From Paramoeba atlantica (taxonomy: Eukaryota > Protista > Discosea), in assembly GCA_977017575.1 (NCBI GenBank), contig CDRNVI010000044.1:496001-560000 (forward strand): 64,000 nt of DNA, written 5' to 3'. Below are positions 22,345-32,102 of the stretch, piece by piece (the stretch's first letter is position 1; the number at the start of each line of letters is the position of its first letter). A program made the translations under genes and the position numbers. The notes beneath the pieces were generated by a model. It was not told the origin of the DNA and searched no databases. It was given only the letters and a program-made list of their open reading frames with translations.

Positions 22345-22580
22345 GGGGAGGGAAGGTAAAGAGTGGGAGAAGATGACGTAAAGAATATGACGAAAGAAAT
22401 TTCTCCATTGAAAAAGAAGAGAAGTAGCGTGTTAACAGCACTTTAAAAAACTGTATAGCAGTCCAATAGAAGTAGTATTGCGCAGGGAGATGAGACTTTT
22501 AATTTATGCTAGTTAGTTGTACGGAGTAGAATAATGTTGTGTTGGCCATGTGCATCGGATTGAAGTGGTGCTCAGACATT

Positions 22581-23585
22581 TCACTGGTACTGGAGACATT
22601 CCTCCTCTGGTTTTACGTCCGGGGGAATGTATGGGAACAGCCGCACGTCAAACCCAGTGCTGGTAGACATGCCGTCTAGGGACTCAAGCGCCCGAGCTGC
22701 GTCATGATGAGAACAGAATTTCGCGATCCAGACATCTTGAACTTCTGTATGTTTAGGATCCTGCACGAGCTCCGAGCACATAGACGATAGACCTCCGGAA
22801 AGTTTGAGCAAATTTTCAATGTCTTCAGCTTTAGCCTTGCAGCGAACTTGTAGACAATACGTGACAAGAAGTTCCCTTCCTCCGTGCTCGACTCGTAATG
22901 CAGATACTTTTCTGCGAGCAGACTTCACAGTTCCTCGAGATAATTCGGAAGTATGAGGCTTGCTGTGCGATGTACCAGTCCAGCATTTGGTTGCTTCATT
23001 TTCGGCATCCGGAAATCCAGCCCGAGGCTCCGCATTGTGAGATGCCAAGGAGTTTAGCGCGTGAAAGCGATGTTGAAAGTGTTTTTGAATAGTATGAAAT
23101 TTTTCAATCACTCTTTTTTGCTCGACTGCGAATGATTGCATTTCCTGTTGGGTTTGTCGGATAATCGATTGAAGCGTGCGAATCGTGTCGCTTCGTGAAT
23201 CGCGATTCACATCAGTACCCCACTGCGACTTCAAATCTTCAATATTCTTCTGTAATCCGCTTACGTCATGCCGAAGTTGGACCAGTTCTTTATCTGAAAA
23301 AACAACCTCTTTCGATGATGCATCTCTTTCACAATGCACTTTTGCAGACACAGGCGAATGTTCAATCCGGGGTTTGGAATCGCAGGACTTCACTCGCATT
23401 GAATTTAGTGTTCTAACTCGATCGTTTCTAGAGTATTTCCTAAATGAATAGGTGTACAAACCAAGGTGAAGGCTTGAAGTGTAACGGGTAGATGCTGCAC
23501 AACTACGAATGGGCTGTGCTCCAGCCGGACTCATAGCGCAAATTTGTATCATGTCGAGGAGTAAAATTATTTTTTGTCGAACCAA
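22581..23585 (-). CDS. Coiled-coil protein with a divergent C-terminal RRM-like domain
   Basis: Central heptad-like region; C-terminal VWIAKFCSHHDAARALESLDG resembles RNP1-helix 2. The track start is TTG, so the true start is probably a downstream ATG. Confidence 0.5.
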   Translation of the reverse strand: MVRQKIILLLDMIQICAMSPAGAQPIRSCAASTRYTSSLHLGLYTYSFRKYSRNDRVRTLNSMRVKSCDSKPRIEHSPVSAKVHCERDASSKEVVFSDKELVQLRHDVSGLQKNIEDLKSQWGTDVNRDSRSDTIRTLQSIIRQTQQEMQSFAVEQKRVIEKFHTIQKHFQHRFHALNSLASHNAEPRAGFPDAENEATKCWTGTSHSKPHTSELSRGTVKSARRKVSALRVEHGGRELLVTYCLQVRCKAKAEDIENLLKLSGGLSSMCSELVQDPKHTEVQDVWIAKFCSHHDAARALESLDGMSTSTGFDVRLFPYIPPDVKPEEECLQYQ

Positions 23586-23723
23586 AAGTAGAGTAGTATG
23601 ACAGTGTCAAAATGATTCATAGATAAACTAGAGATTAGATGAGTTGAGGACGATCTTTATTTTTTTATTTTTGAAAAACACATGATTTTCAGATGATCCG
23701 GTATCATTATTTTTGAATAAAAA

Positions 23724-24023
23724 TCATTGCTTACGCTTTTTTCGAAGTCTTTTAATGTCCCTGACAATGTGTCGCATCCGCTTGGTTTTGGAATTAATCT
23801 TATAGGGCATTTCATGAAGTCGTAGTTCCTCTTCCACTTCTGCTTTTGTTCCAGTTTTTTTTAACGATGATGCCGGCGTTTTTTCCGAACGCTGAGCTCG
23901 GCGTTCTAATTTATTGCGCTTGAATCCACGCAATCCTTTGGGAGGCTTATTTTTTCGTTTTTTAGCTCCTTGGCGTGTCTGAACTGCCACTGCTTTAGAA
24001 CCTCGGCCAAGCGCTCGACCCAT
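23724..24023 (-). CDS. Small highly basic protein (nucleolar or ribosome-biogenesis-like)
   Basis: 99 aa from ATG 24023 (MGRALGRGSK...), very rich in K and R. Confidence 0.55.
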   Translation of the reverse strand: MGRALGRGSKAVAVQTRQGAKKRKNKPPKGLRGFKRNKLERRAQRSEKTPASSLKKTGTKAEVEEELRLHEMPYKINSKTKRMRHIVRDIKRLRKKRKQ

Positions 24024-24315
24024 CAAATATAGAATGAAATTTAGAAATGAAACAATGTTTTTGACACAAGATATTAATGGCACTAGTATATGAACACAAT
24101 TAATTAATGATGCGAGAAAAGCTGCGTTTCCGACACTTGTAGAGGTATATTTTCTCAAAATTACGGATATATTAGTTTTTTAAATAATCTGCCCAAAGCA
24201 AAAAAACAAATTATTAATGTACGTCATTGCATATTTCCGGGATACACAAAAAAAGCTATGCGTTACGTCTTGGCTCCGTTATAAGATAGCACGTGTAATC
24301 AATCTTGGGATACGA

Positions 24316-25602
24316 TTAAGGCTTGTCATTCGATGGAACACCTTTCACTTCTTCCGTTCTACACACGTCTTGTTCCAGTGCATCCAACACCTTGGCTAGA
24401 TTTTCAACAACGGCCAGTGCCTGCTCCGCTTGTTCGCAATCCGTGCTAGGCTCATCCATTATAAGGCTTTGTTGCTGCTGGTCCAATATAGCGCTAAGTC
24501 TGCGATCCAATATCATTTGAGAAAGTTTTGCCTCCACTTCTGAAACGGGAAGCTGTACGAGTGAGGCCATGTATGAAAGCTGAACGACAGAGTAGGGTTT
24601 CGCTATTTTAGTCAAGTGCAGCTCTAGCAGACTATCGTACTGGTCTTTGACAAAACTGTTTACGATAGGATCGATCTTCAATATTTCACTATATCGCTCC
24701 AAGCAAAGCTTGAACCCTAGCGTGTCGTGGGCTTTATAAGTCTCTGACAACTCCTTTACCGCTTGAATAATCTGAGTGTCATATTTCTGTACATTTTTTG
24801 ATTGTAGAACAGATACTAATTCACGCCCTTCATCCGTGAATCCTTTGCAAAGGAGCATGTAGGTTAGAGCACGGAGTGCTTTTAGACGGTGCTCTGCGCC
24901 ACCGGTGTGAAACCCTTCAAACGCTTCGTATAGATAGGAGTACGCCGAGTTGGGGTCCTTCTCTTGCATATGCAAAACTCCTGACTGCAAGTCTAGTTCT
25001 GCCTGAAGCAACGGGGGGCAGTAAATACTATTTGCGTGAGTACGGGCAGTTACTAGAGTCCCTTTGGATTTTGAGAAATTTTGTATAAAGTAGTATACCC
25101 TTGACATCAGGAGGTATACTTCCACAAGTACAGGTTTGTCATCGAGTTTTCGTATTTCACGGAGTAGTACAAGAAGAACACTAAGAGATAAACGGTATTC
25201 TGCATTTTCGAAATAAAGCGAAGCTAGTCGTATTTGAAGCTGATACCGAAGAAAGGATAGTTTCTGCTCTCGCGACCAGCTTATAAGTTTCTTGCATATC
25301 TCTTGTTGTTCGGAAAGACTCATGCCAGACAACGATGCATAGTCAAAAAGTTTGCGCAGAATCTTTCCAGCTTTAGATTTTGGTACACGCGAAAACACAC
25401 TTTGAGTGGCATGAAACAGCATTTGCATATTTGAAACAAGTTTTTTCTCTGCATATAATTCTCCCAATTGATAGATCGCATTTTCAACGATACGAATTCT
25501 CCTTGGATCGCCTTCTGCTTCGACAGGAGTTGCCATTTGTTGAAAGCATGCTTCTTCTGTCTCGCGGGTCGAAGGTGATGGGACAATACTGGAGACTTCC
25601 AT
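24316..25602 (-). CDS. RPN6: 26S proteasome lid subunit Rpn6 (PCI domain)
   Basis: ENAIYQLGELY, KSKAGKILRKL, LDDKPVLVEVYLL, ARTHANSIYCPP, AYSYLYEAFEGF and EAKLSQMILD motifs. Confidence 0.95.
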   Translation of the reverse strand: MEVSSIVPSPSTRETEEACFQQMATPVEAEGDPRRIRIVENAIYQLGELYAEKKLVSNMQMLFHATQSVFSRVPKSKAGKILRKLFDYASLSGMSLSEQQEICKKLISWSREQKLSFLRYQLQIRLASLYFENAEYRLSLSVLLVLLREIRKLDDKPVLVEVYLLMSRVYYFIQNFSKSKGTLVTARTHANSIYCPPLLQAELDLQSGVLHMQEKDPNSAYSYLYEAFEGFHTGGAEHRLKALRALTYMLLCKGFTDEGRELVSVLQSKNVQKYDTQIIQAVKELSETYKAHDTLGFKLCLERYSEILKIDPIVNSFVKDQYDSLLELHLTKIAKPYSVVQLSYMASLVQLPVSEVEAKLSQMILDRRLSAILDQQQQSLIMDEPSTDCEQAEQALAVVENLAKVLDALEQDVCRTEEVKGVPSNDKP

Positions 25603-25872
25603 AAATTAAAAATGTCAAAGTGCAAAAGTCAGATATGAGAATTGATAAACAAGAAATTTAGGCCATAATAATATAGCTTAGTATATTACACTAGGATTGT
25701 ACTGTTCGCTTTAATGATATTTTGGTTATACACCTGATGTGTACATAAAAGCTTCATGATAAAAACAGTCCGTTAATTGCCTGAAGGGAAGCACTATAAA
25801 GATGACGTTCTAAAATCGTACTGCATTATTGCTAATACATTGTGTACAGTAGTGTGTTCTTTGTTCGGTAAA

Positions 25873-28800
25873 TTAGGATAGAATTTGTCTTTCCATATCG
25901 TGATAAATTTGATGCATTAAAAATTGCCGATAATCGGCAGGAACAGAGTCAAGTGCGTTTTGTATTTCGGCAGAGATGTGCTTCCGTGCATTTACCATGC
26001 AGGGCAGATCCCGGTTACCGAATGTATCCAGTGGATCGTAATATTGTTTTTCTAAATGCCTCCAAAAAATATTGATACCAACACATGGTGTCAGCGCAAG
26101 AACATTGTGAAACCAGAGCGATGGAATGAACAATATATCCCCAGGTTCAAGAATAACTTCGTATCCCCTCGAAGAGGAATCCGCGAAGCGTGGGAAACGT
26201 TGAAGATCAGGATTGTCAATATCTAATACTGTAGAGACACTATCCTTCATGTACAGATTGGTGTACTGATCCGGAGGATAAAGAACTACACGTTTTGTCC
26301 CTACAATTTGACACAGAATGTTGTCCATAATGTCGTAATGCGTCCAAAGCTGAACACCCGAGGTGCTCATGCGTAAGCAACTCTGCGAGTATCGTTCCCC
26401 TAGAACAGTGGAGCGAAAACCGTGTGGTACAGAAAAATCTTCTGCAAGTTCAGGAAAATTTAACCAAAAATCTGTCGTTGAACGTCGTCGTGCTAACGAG
26501 CGGAAGTATATTTTTTCTGTCGCAGAAAAGCATTCGTTGACCAGCATTGGAAAGGGCACCGTCTTATAATCAAAGTTGCGATCAACAAAATTCAATTTTG
26601 CATCTTCATAGACGGGGCGCATTACATGAACCGAAACGTGCGTATCTTGCTCGCGGGTGGATAAATATGTGGGATCGCACCACTTGTGAATACAGTCACC
26701 CATGTTTTGATTGCGAAAAACTACTGGAAAACGAGTCGCGTACAAATTGTTTATCCAAAATTCATCTGAAACAGGATTTCTGACTTCTCTCAAACTACGC
26801 GGAGAGATTAGCTTTGTATTGTACCGTAGTCCAGATATTCCATTCACGAACTTCAACAATCTAAGTGTTGAATAGACTGACCCAAAACTAAAGCACTGCA
26901 AACCACCTCCAATAATACACAAACTGGACAGTGTGGGTATCCAAACTGTTTGATGTCCACAGGCAAAATCAACAGAGCGTTGCTCGTCACCTTGAGTAAG
27001 GCAAAGAGATTTTTCGTCAAGAAACAGAACATTACTGTTGCGATTAGTATACGTGCGAGAAGCCGTTGAACCACCGATAAAAGTAATCATATACGAAACA
27101 CTTGTCAAAGTATGCGAAAATAGTGGAGGTGGTCTCGGGGTTGTCTCAAGCTTCGACCACACCCAATGGAAAAGATCAAGAGCAAAAATTTCGTCACTGA
27201 TTATATGGTTTTCTGTTATCCCTCCGCTGATCACAACTCGATTGCTTTCGGGAGAGAAACACATCCCAAAGCTATGACGAGGAGAAGGACTTTGAGAATT
27301 GCACGCAACGGGAAGCCACTGTCGCTTTCTACTGCAGAACAACCATGTATCGTTCAGCAGTTGCTGATTGTGGCCGATACCACCAAACAGCAAAACGCTG
27401 TCATGCCATACATCAGAATCGTTGTGCCATGGACAGAAGCAGGTAGGAATAGAACACATGCGATGGCGATAGCGGGCACAAGGGGAGTCCAAGGAGTTAA
27501 TAAGTTTTGTCCATGAATAGGTACGAGCGTTCAACAGTAGTGTATCGCCTAATGGGTCTTGTGGTGACTTCCTTCCACCAAATAGAAGTATTTCTGGATC
27601 GTAGGTTTCTGTGTCCGTCAAACTTAGTTCATCAACAGCGAGGCATTTAATGCTTGCCATTGCGTGATACATACGGGGTTCGGGTGCTTGTGTTTCGTGA
27701 AATTCTTTGCACATTTCGCTACCCTTTGCAACGTCAATAATAACCAGATTGTTGCAGCGGCGCCCTTTGGAGTACCCACCAAATAGAATAACCTTGGTGG
27801 CTTCTAGTGGATGAGCTAATGCAGCTTGACCATATCCGTCGCACCTCGTTAGACAAGAAATCTTGCTAAGTGTCAAATTTCTCGAAGAGCTTGGATACTC
27901 AGGAATACGTAGTGAGTTGTCCTTTGCCTCAAAAAAGAAAGGCACACGTATAGGATGAGATGTTCCAGAAAACGTAAAACAATAATGGCGACAAGTTTCC
28001 ACCCAGTCTTCTATCTCATCGAAGGGTTCTAATGAAGAGATACGCTGAAACTCTTCCGGTACTAAATTAAGCAGATCGTCTGCAATGTCACTGAAAGAAA
28101 CAGATTTTGTCCAGCTCCAACCTGCATCATACATTCTCTTCTCTTGATTATCAATTGTTCCCCATGTTTGAATACCAAGCAATGGTGAAGCGCGATCTTT
28201 AAGAGTTTTCCTCATTCTCAGACCGAATATGTCGTAGGGCTCTATTTGATCAAAAATAACCGAAAAGTGAGAATTTATGTCTGTGTTTTCTGACACATTG
28301 ACTGCTCCCCTCCACACGTTGAACAGCTCTCCCAAAAGTCGTTCGCTGGAGTTGCTATCTAGATACTGTAGGACACACTCAGCCACGTATAAGGTTCGGT
28401 GACAAGGATTGAAACCCGACTGTGTAAGTTTTAAAATAGTTTCTTGCGTATTTCTCAAATCGCATCCCACGCTTATTCTGTTGGTTTCTTGTATTCTTCG
28501 AACAAAGTCGTTGTCTTGCGGGACGGTTTCGTTTATCGGGATTCTTCCTGAAAAATCATTTCCAGCATTTCTCAGAAGATTTTCCTTTCTCGAAAGCAGC
28601 TCTGGAAAGTCTAAATCATAAAAGGTAATCTGTTGACCTGCAGAGCGAGACACATTGTATGGTGTTGTGTCATACGCACAACCAAGACTAACCACTTGAA
28701 GATGACTATCCGGAAAAATATCTAAAAACCATTGGATAATTTTACGGATTGCCAGCACACGTAAATAATATCCGCGGTTTATCAAAGGAGCACGTCGAAT

Positions 28801-28950
28801 GAGTTTTTTGGAGAAAAAGCGCAAATAATCGTCCGAAAAATATCCCATCTTGTTAGCAGAGCGCTTTGAAAGTACCGCATCGTCATTCGTCCGCTGAACG
28901 TGGTCGCTTAATACGCTTGCGTGAGAATAGTTTTTACTATTCTGCGTCAT
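25873..28950 (-). CDS. TYW4: TYW4/PPM2-like leucine carboxyl methyltransferase + Kelch repeats + JmjC (TYW5-like) fusion
   Basis: N-terminal LCM (KRSANKMGY, PLINRGYYLR, QVVSLGCAYDT, AECVLQYL); Kelch GG repeats; C-terminal JmjC WTHYD...FIPSLWFHNV. Confidence 0.88.
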   Translation of the reverse strand: MTQNSKNYSHASVLSDHVQRTNDDAVLSKRSANKMGYFSDDYLRFFSKKLIRRAPLINRGYYLRVLAIRKIIQWFLDIFPDSHLQVVSLGCAYDTTPYNVSRSAGQQITFYDLDFPELLSRKENLLRNAGNDFSGRIPINETVPQDNDFVRRIQETNRISVGCDLRNTQETILKLTQSGFNPCHRTLYVAECVLQYLDSNSSERLLGELFNVWRGAVNVSENTDINSHFSVIFDQIEPYDIFGLRMRKTLKDRASPLLGIQTWGTIDNQEKRMYDAGWSWTKSVSFSDIADDLLNLVPEEFQRISSLEPFDEIEDWVETCRHYCFTFSGTSHPIRVPFFFEAKDNSLRIPEYPSSSRNLTLSKISCLTRCDGYGQAALAHPLEATKVILFGGYSKGRRCNNLVIIDVAKGSEMCKEFHETQAPEPRMYHAMASIKCLAVDELSLTDTETYDPEILLFGGRKSPQDPLGDTLLLNARTYSWTKLINSLDSPCARYRHRMCSIPTCFCPWHNDSDVWHDSVLLFGGIGHNQQLLNDTWLFCSRKRQWLPVACNSQSPSPRHSFGMCFSPESNRVVISGGITENHIISDEIFALDLFHWVWSKLETTPRPPPLFSHTLTSVSYMITFIGGSTASRTYTNRNSNVLFLDEKSLCLTQGDEQRSVDFACGHQTVWIPTLSSLCIIGGGLQCFSFGSVYSTLRLLKFVNGISGLRYNTKLISPRSLREVRNPVSDEFWINNLYATRFPVVFRNQNMGDCIHKWCDPTYLSTREQDTHVSVHVMRPVYEDAKLNFVDRNFDYKTVPFPMLVNECFSATEKIYFRSLARRRSTTDFWLNFPELAEDFSVPHGFRSTVLGERYSQSCLRMSTSGVQLWTHYDIMDNILCQIVGTKRVVLYPPDQYTNLYMKDSVSTVLDIDNPDLQRFPRFADSSSRGYEVILEPGDILFIPSLWFHNVLALTPCVGINIFWRHLEKQYYDPLDTFGNRDLPCMVNARKHISAEIQNALDSVPADYRQFLMHQIYHDMERQILS

Positions 28951-29151
28951 ATAAAAGAATTCTTCTAAGTTGCATATTGAGTTTCGTTGACACCATTTCG
29001 TAAGATGTTGTAATATACTGAAATATACACACTGATATTAATTACTGAAACAGAATGTAACAGAAGAGTGACCAATAGTAGATGTGGGACAGATGGTTCA
29101 ATGAAATCTCCGATTCGAGCGCCCATTTTCTATAGGATGTTTCTAGAAAGT

Positions 29152-30747
29152 TTACGCACGCATCCTTGCAAGTTGCTTGTAACGCGCAATACAAGAAGCA
29201 CGCGATTTTCCGTTAACTTTTGAGGCAATAAGATCCCATTTATCCTTTCCAGTATAATCCTTGAGACTGCGTAGCGCATCCTCAAATTGCTTTTGATGCA
29301 ATGAAGTCCAAGTGTCGGCAGATTCCGACACTACGTCTGGCTTTGATGTCGAGCGCAGATCCGTACTTTGAGCCGTCTCCACTGCAGCCTTAAAGGAGCC
29401 CCAACTATGTTCAATTTCTGTTACTTTCTCTCGGACTTCCTTCGACGTTCGATTCTTTCCAACATATGCTGCCATTTGTTCCCACCTGTCAATGGTCCCC
29501 CTCGGGTATTTTGCAACTGCTTTCTGAAGTGTTAAGAGTTCCGACTCTGACCAGGGTGTCGAAACTTGGCCATTCAGGTCACGGTCTCCATTTTTATGGC
29601 TTGATAATTGTGAAAACGTTTCTTGTAAAACGTCTCGTATCTGACTTCTGGCATCACCATGCTTTGGGTCGTTTTGGATACCTTGCACCTGAGACAAAAG
29701 TTTTTCGAGATTTAGTGTACTTTTTGAAAGTAAATCGAAATTCTTGCGCGGTATCGTTCGCGGACTAGCAATCGTAGATTCACTTATTAGATTCATTCCT
29801 TTGGTTATTTCAAGGATATGAGCAACCATTCTGGTTCGGTTCTCCCTATCAGCCTTCTCTTGGGCTGCGCGCTTTTCTTGGACAGTTTTTCGTTCAATTT
29901 CCGCATTTTCCATCGCTTCTCGCAGTTTTTCCTGCTCAAGTTTTCTCAATTCGCTACGTTCTTTTGCCTCCATTTCACGCTTTTCCTTGTGGCGCTGCGC
30001 TCTTGAGCGTACACGAGGATCCAATTTAAAAGCCTTTTCCACAATAGACGAGACACGTTTAAGTTCTTGTCTCCGTAACTTCTCATGTTGGCGATCGTTC
30101 TCACGTTGCACTCGTCGTCTCGTTTCTCTATCTTCCTCGTCTCCCTCGAATTCGACGGGATCAACCACATGAGAAAAATCACGCCACGATCGAAACGAAA
30201 ACCAAAAATCGTAAAAGTCATCGACCTCGTCGTCCGATGTCGTTGCACCCCCAAGGAGAGGAGGAGATTTGACACACCAATACGCATTTCTCTGAAACAC
30301 AGGCCCAAAATCATCGAAAAACTGTTCGGAAGTCTCGTAGCATTTAGCCGTTGGAAATGAATCGTCGAACTCCATAATCGAATCAAACGCACGGCGTGAG
30401 TTGGGTTGACTGATAAAATCATACGCCTTCTTTATTTTTTTAAAGGCCTCGTCTTCTCGTGTTGTGTCTTTATCTGGATGAGTTTCAAGACATTTGCGAT
30501 GATAGGCGGCTTTCAGTTCCTTCTGTGAGACATTTCGATCCACGCTGAGGATGGAATACCAATCGGTCGTCTTATGCTCCTTAGTTAATGATGTGTAGCT
30601 TTTCGGAGGTTGATGTCGACAGGATAACTTGTGAATGATAGCGTGGGAGTTGCCCCCTAAAGCGAGTTTGGGGGATGGTTCATACGACTCTTGAGGCGAC
30701 ACACTCGGAAAGGGGGAGATATCCTCAAATTCTTCGATGTCGTCCAT
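29152..30747 (-). CDS. DNAJC2: Zuotin/MPP11-like J-protein with SANT/Myb domains
   Basis: J domain with HPD; zuotin-homology segment FYDFWFSFRSWRDFS; two SANT repeats (WSESELLTLQKAVAKYP, WTSLHQKQFEDAL). First ATG at 30747. Confidence 0.92.
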   Translation of the reverse strand: MDDIEEFEDISPFPSVSPQESYEPSPKLALGGNSHAIIHKLSCRHQPPKSYTSLTKEHKTTDWYSILSVDRNVSQKELKAAYHRKCLETHPDKDTTREDEAFKKIKKAYDFISQPNSRRAFDSIMEFDDSFPTAKCYETSEQFFDDFGPVFQRNAYWCVKSPPLLGGATTSDDEVDDFYDFWFSFRSWRDFSHVVDPVEFEGDEEDRETRRRVQRENDRQHEKLRRQELKRVSSIVEKAFKLDPRVRSRAQRHKEKREMEAKERSELRKLEQEKLREAMENAEIERKTVQEKRAAQEKADRENRTRMVAHILEITKGMNLISESTIASPRTIPRKNFDLLSKSTLNLEKLLSQVQGIQNDPKHGDARSQIRDVLQETFSQLSSHKNGDRDLNGQVSTPWSESELLTLQKAVAKYPRGTIDRWEQMAAYVGKNRTSKEVREKVTEIEHSWGSFKAAVETAQSTDLRSTSKPDVVSESADTWTSLHQKQFEDALRSLKDYTGKDKWDLIASKVNGKSRASCIARYKQLARMRA

Positions 30748-31104
30748 TGAAAATAATAGAAAATTAAGGTGCACCACAAATGATGATGAATGATAGAAAC
30801 ACCGAACCCTCTAGATATTGTAGAATAATCTTAAAAAGTTACTTATCACACTACAAGAGTACACCTTAAACTACGAAAGGGCACCTTAAAAGACAGGCAA
30901 GAAAACTTCTACGTAGGTAAAAAGTGAAGCAAGAATTAGCAAGATGGGCCCGATTTCAACTCACACCTCACTCCAGATTATCTGGAGTATCCCCCTCTCT
31001 GAGATAAAGGAAAATCAGGAAAAAATAAAACAAGGGAAGAGGTTTGTAGAAAAATCACTGAATCACCGGGGAAACAACAGAGCAAATATCTTCTGTAGTA
31101 AAAA

Positions 31105-31806
31105 TTACCCTGAACGCTTCTGTTTCATTGTGGCATTGAAACAACAGTTATCAAAGCGTACCTGTGACCTAGTCTTGTTTTTCTGCAACGAATGATTTTG
31201 AAACGCCTCCTGTATAAGATGTCGTTGAGACGGATCTTGCGTTTCAAGAGTTTGAGCGTCTGATTGATTCCCCACGTTTTCATAAATTCCTGTGTTCTCA
31301 ATCATACTTTCTCGTTGAGTGGCACATGAAGAGCTCGAAGCCGTATTTCCATTGAATATACAAGACTCGTGCGATGTTTTGTGGTGAGATTCTGTTTCTT
31401 TCCTATTCGAACATTCCTTTGGGGATATAACGATAGGAGAGCAAGCCTTATCGCATACATGTACATCTTTGACATTCATTTCGCTACGTTTTTCACTGGG
31501 CGTGCAAGATTTCGCGAGAAATTCCCCAGCACCGGAGGCCTGAAAGCAGAGAGATATTAAAAGGTCATTCGTCTCGATAATGTGATTAAGCACACTTTCA
31601 AGAAAGGTCAGTGTATCTTCGCATTGAACGTTGCCGGTCCTCTCTGCTAAACTTGTCTTTTTACCCTCATGAACCTTGAGCTCACAAGGTTCTATGGTGG
31701 GCTGCCTCCGAAGATTTTCTTCTATGCGATGAGATACATCGGCTACTCCTCGTGATAATTCTGTTAATGCGTCCATTTGTTGAGCCGACAGGGAATCCTC
31801 TGACAT
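31105..31806 (-). CDS. Hypothetical protein
   Basis: 233-aa co-oriented ORF with ATG; no recognisable motif. Confidence 0.55.
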   Translation of the reverse strand: MSEDSLSAQQMDALTELSRGVADVSHRIEENLRRQPTIEPCELKVHEGKKTSLAERTGNVQCEDTLTFLESVLNHIIETNDLLISLCFQASGAGEFLAKSCTPSEKRSEMNVKDVHVCDKACSPIVISPKECSNRKETESHHKTSHESCIFNGNTASSSSCATQRESMIENTGIYENVGNQSDAQTLETQDPSQRHLIQEAFQNHSLQKNKTRSQVRFDNCCFNATMKQKRSG

Positions 31807-32102
31807 CCTTCATTTAAAATAGAGGAAGACGAATATGAAAAATACCGTAGCTATTTGAAACGGAGAAAAAATGTCCAAAATTATCTTGTACAATGTAACG
31901 CTGTCTAACTAGCACTCAGAAAGATTCCTATGCCGATGTGGTCACCGTAGTATAAGAAATTATGGCATATTAAGCGATGCGGTTACGCATCGTAAAACTT
32001 GGAAGATCACTTCCAGCGATTCTGACCCGCAATTTTATAACCATAAATGCTACTATCCCCAGAAAAATAGAAAATCATTCCTTACAGAAATGGATCACCA
32101 TT

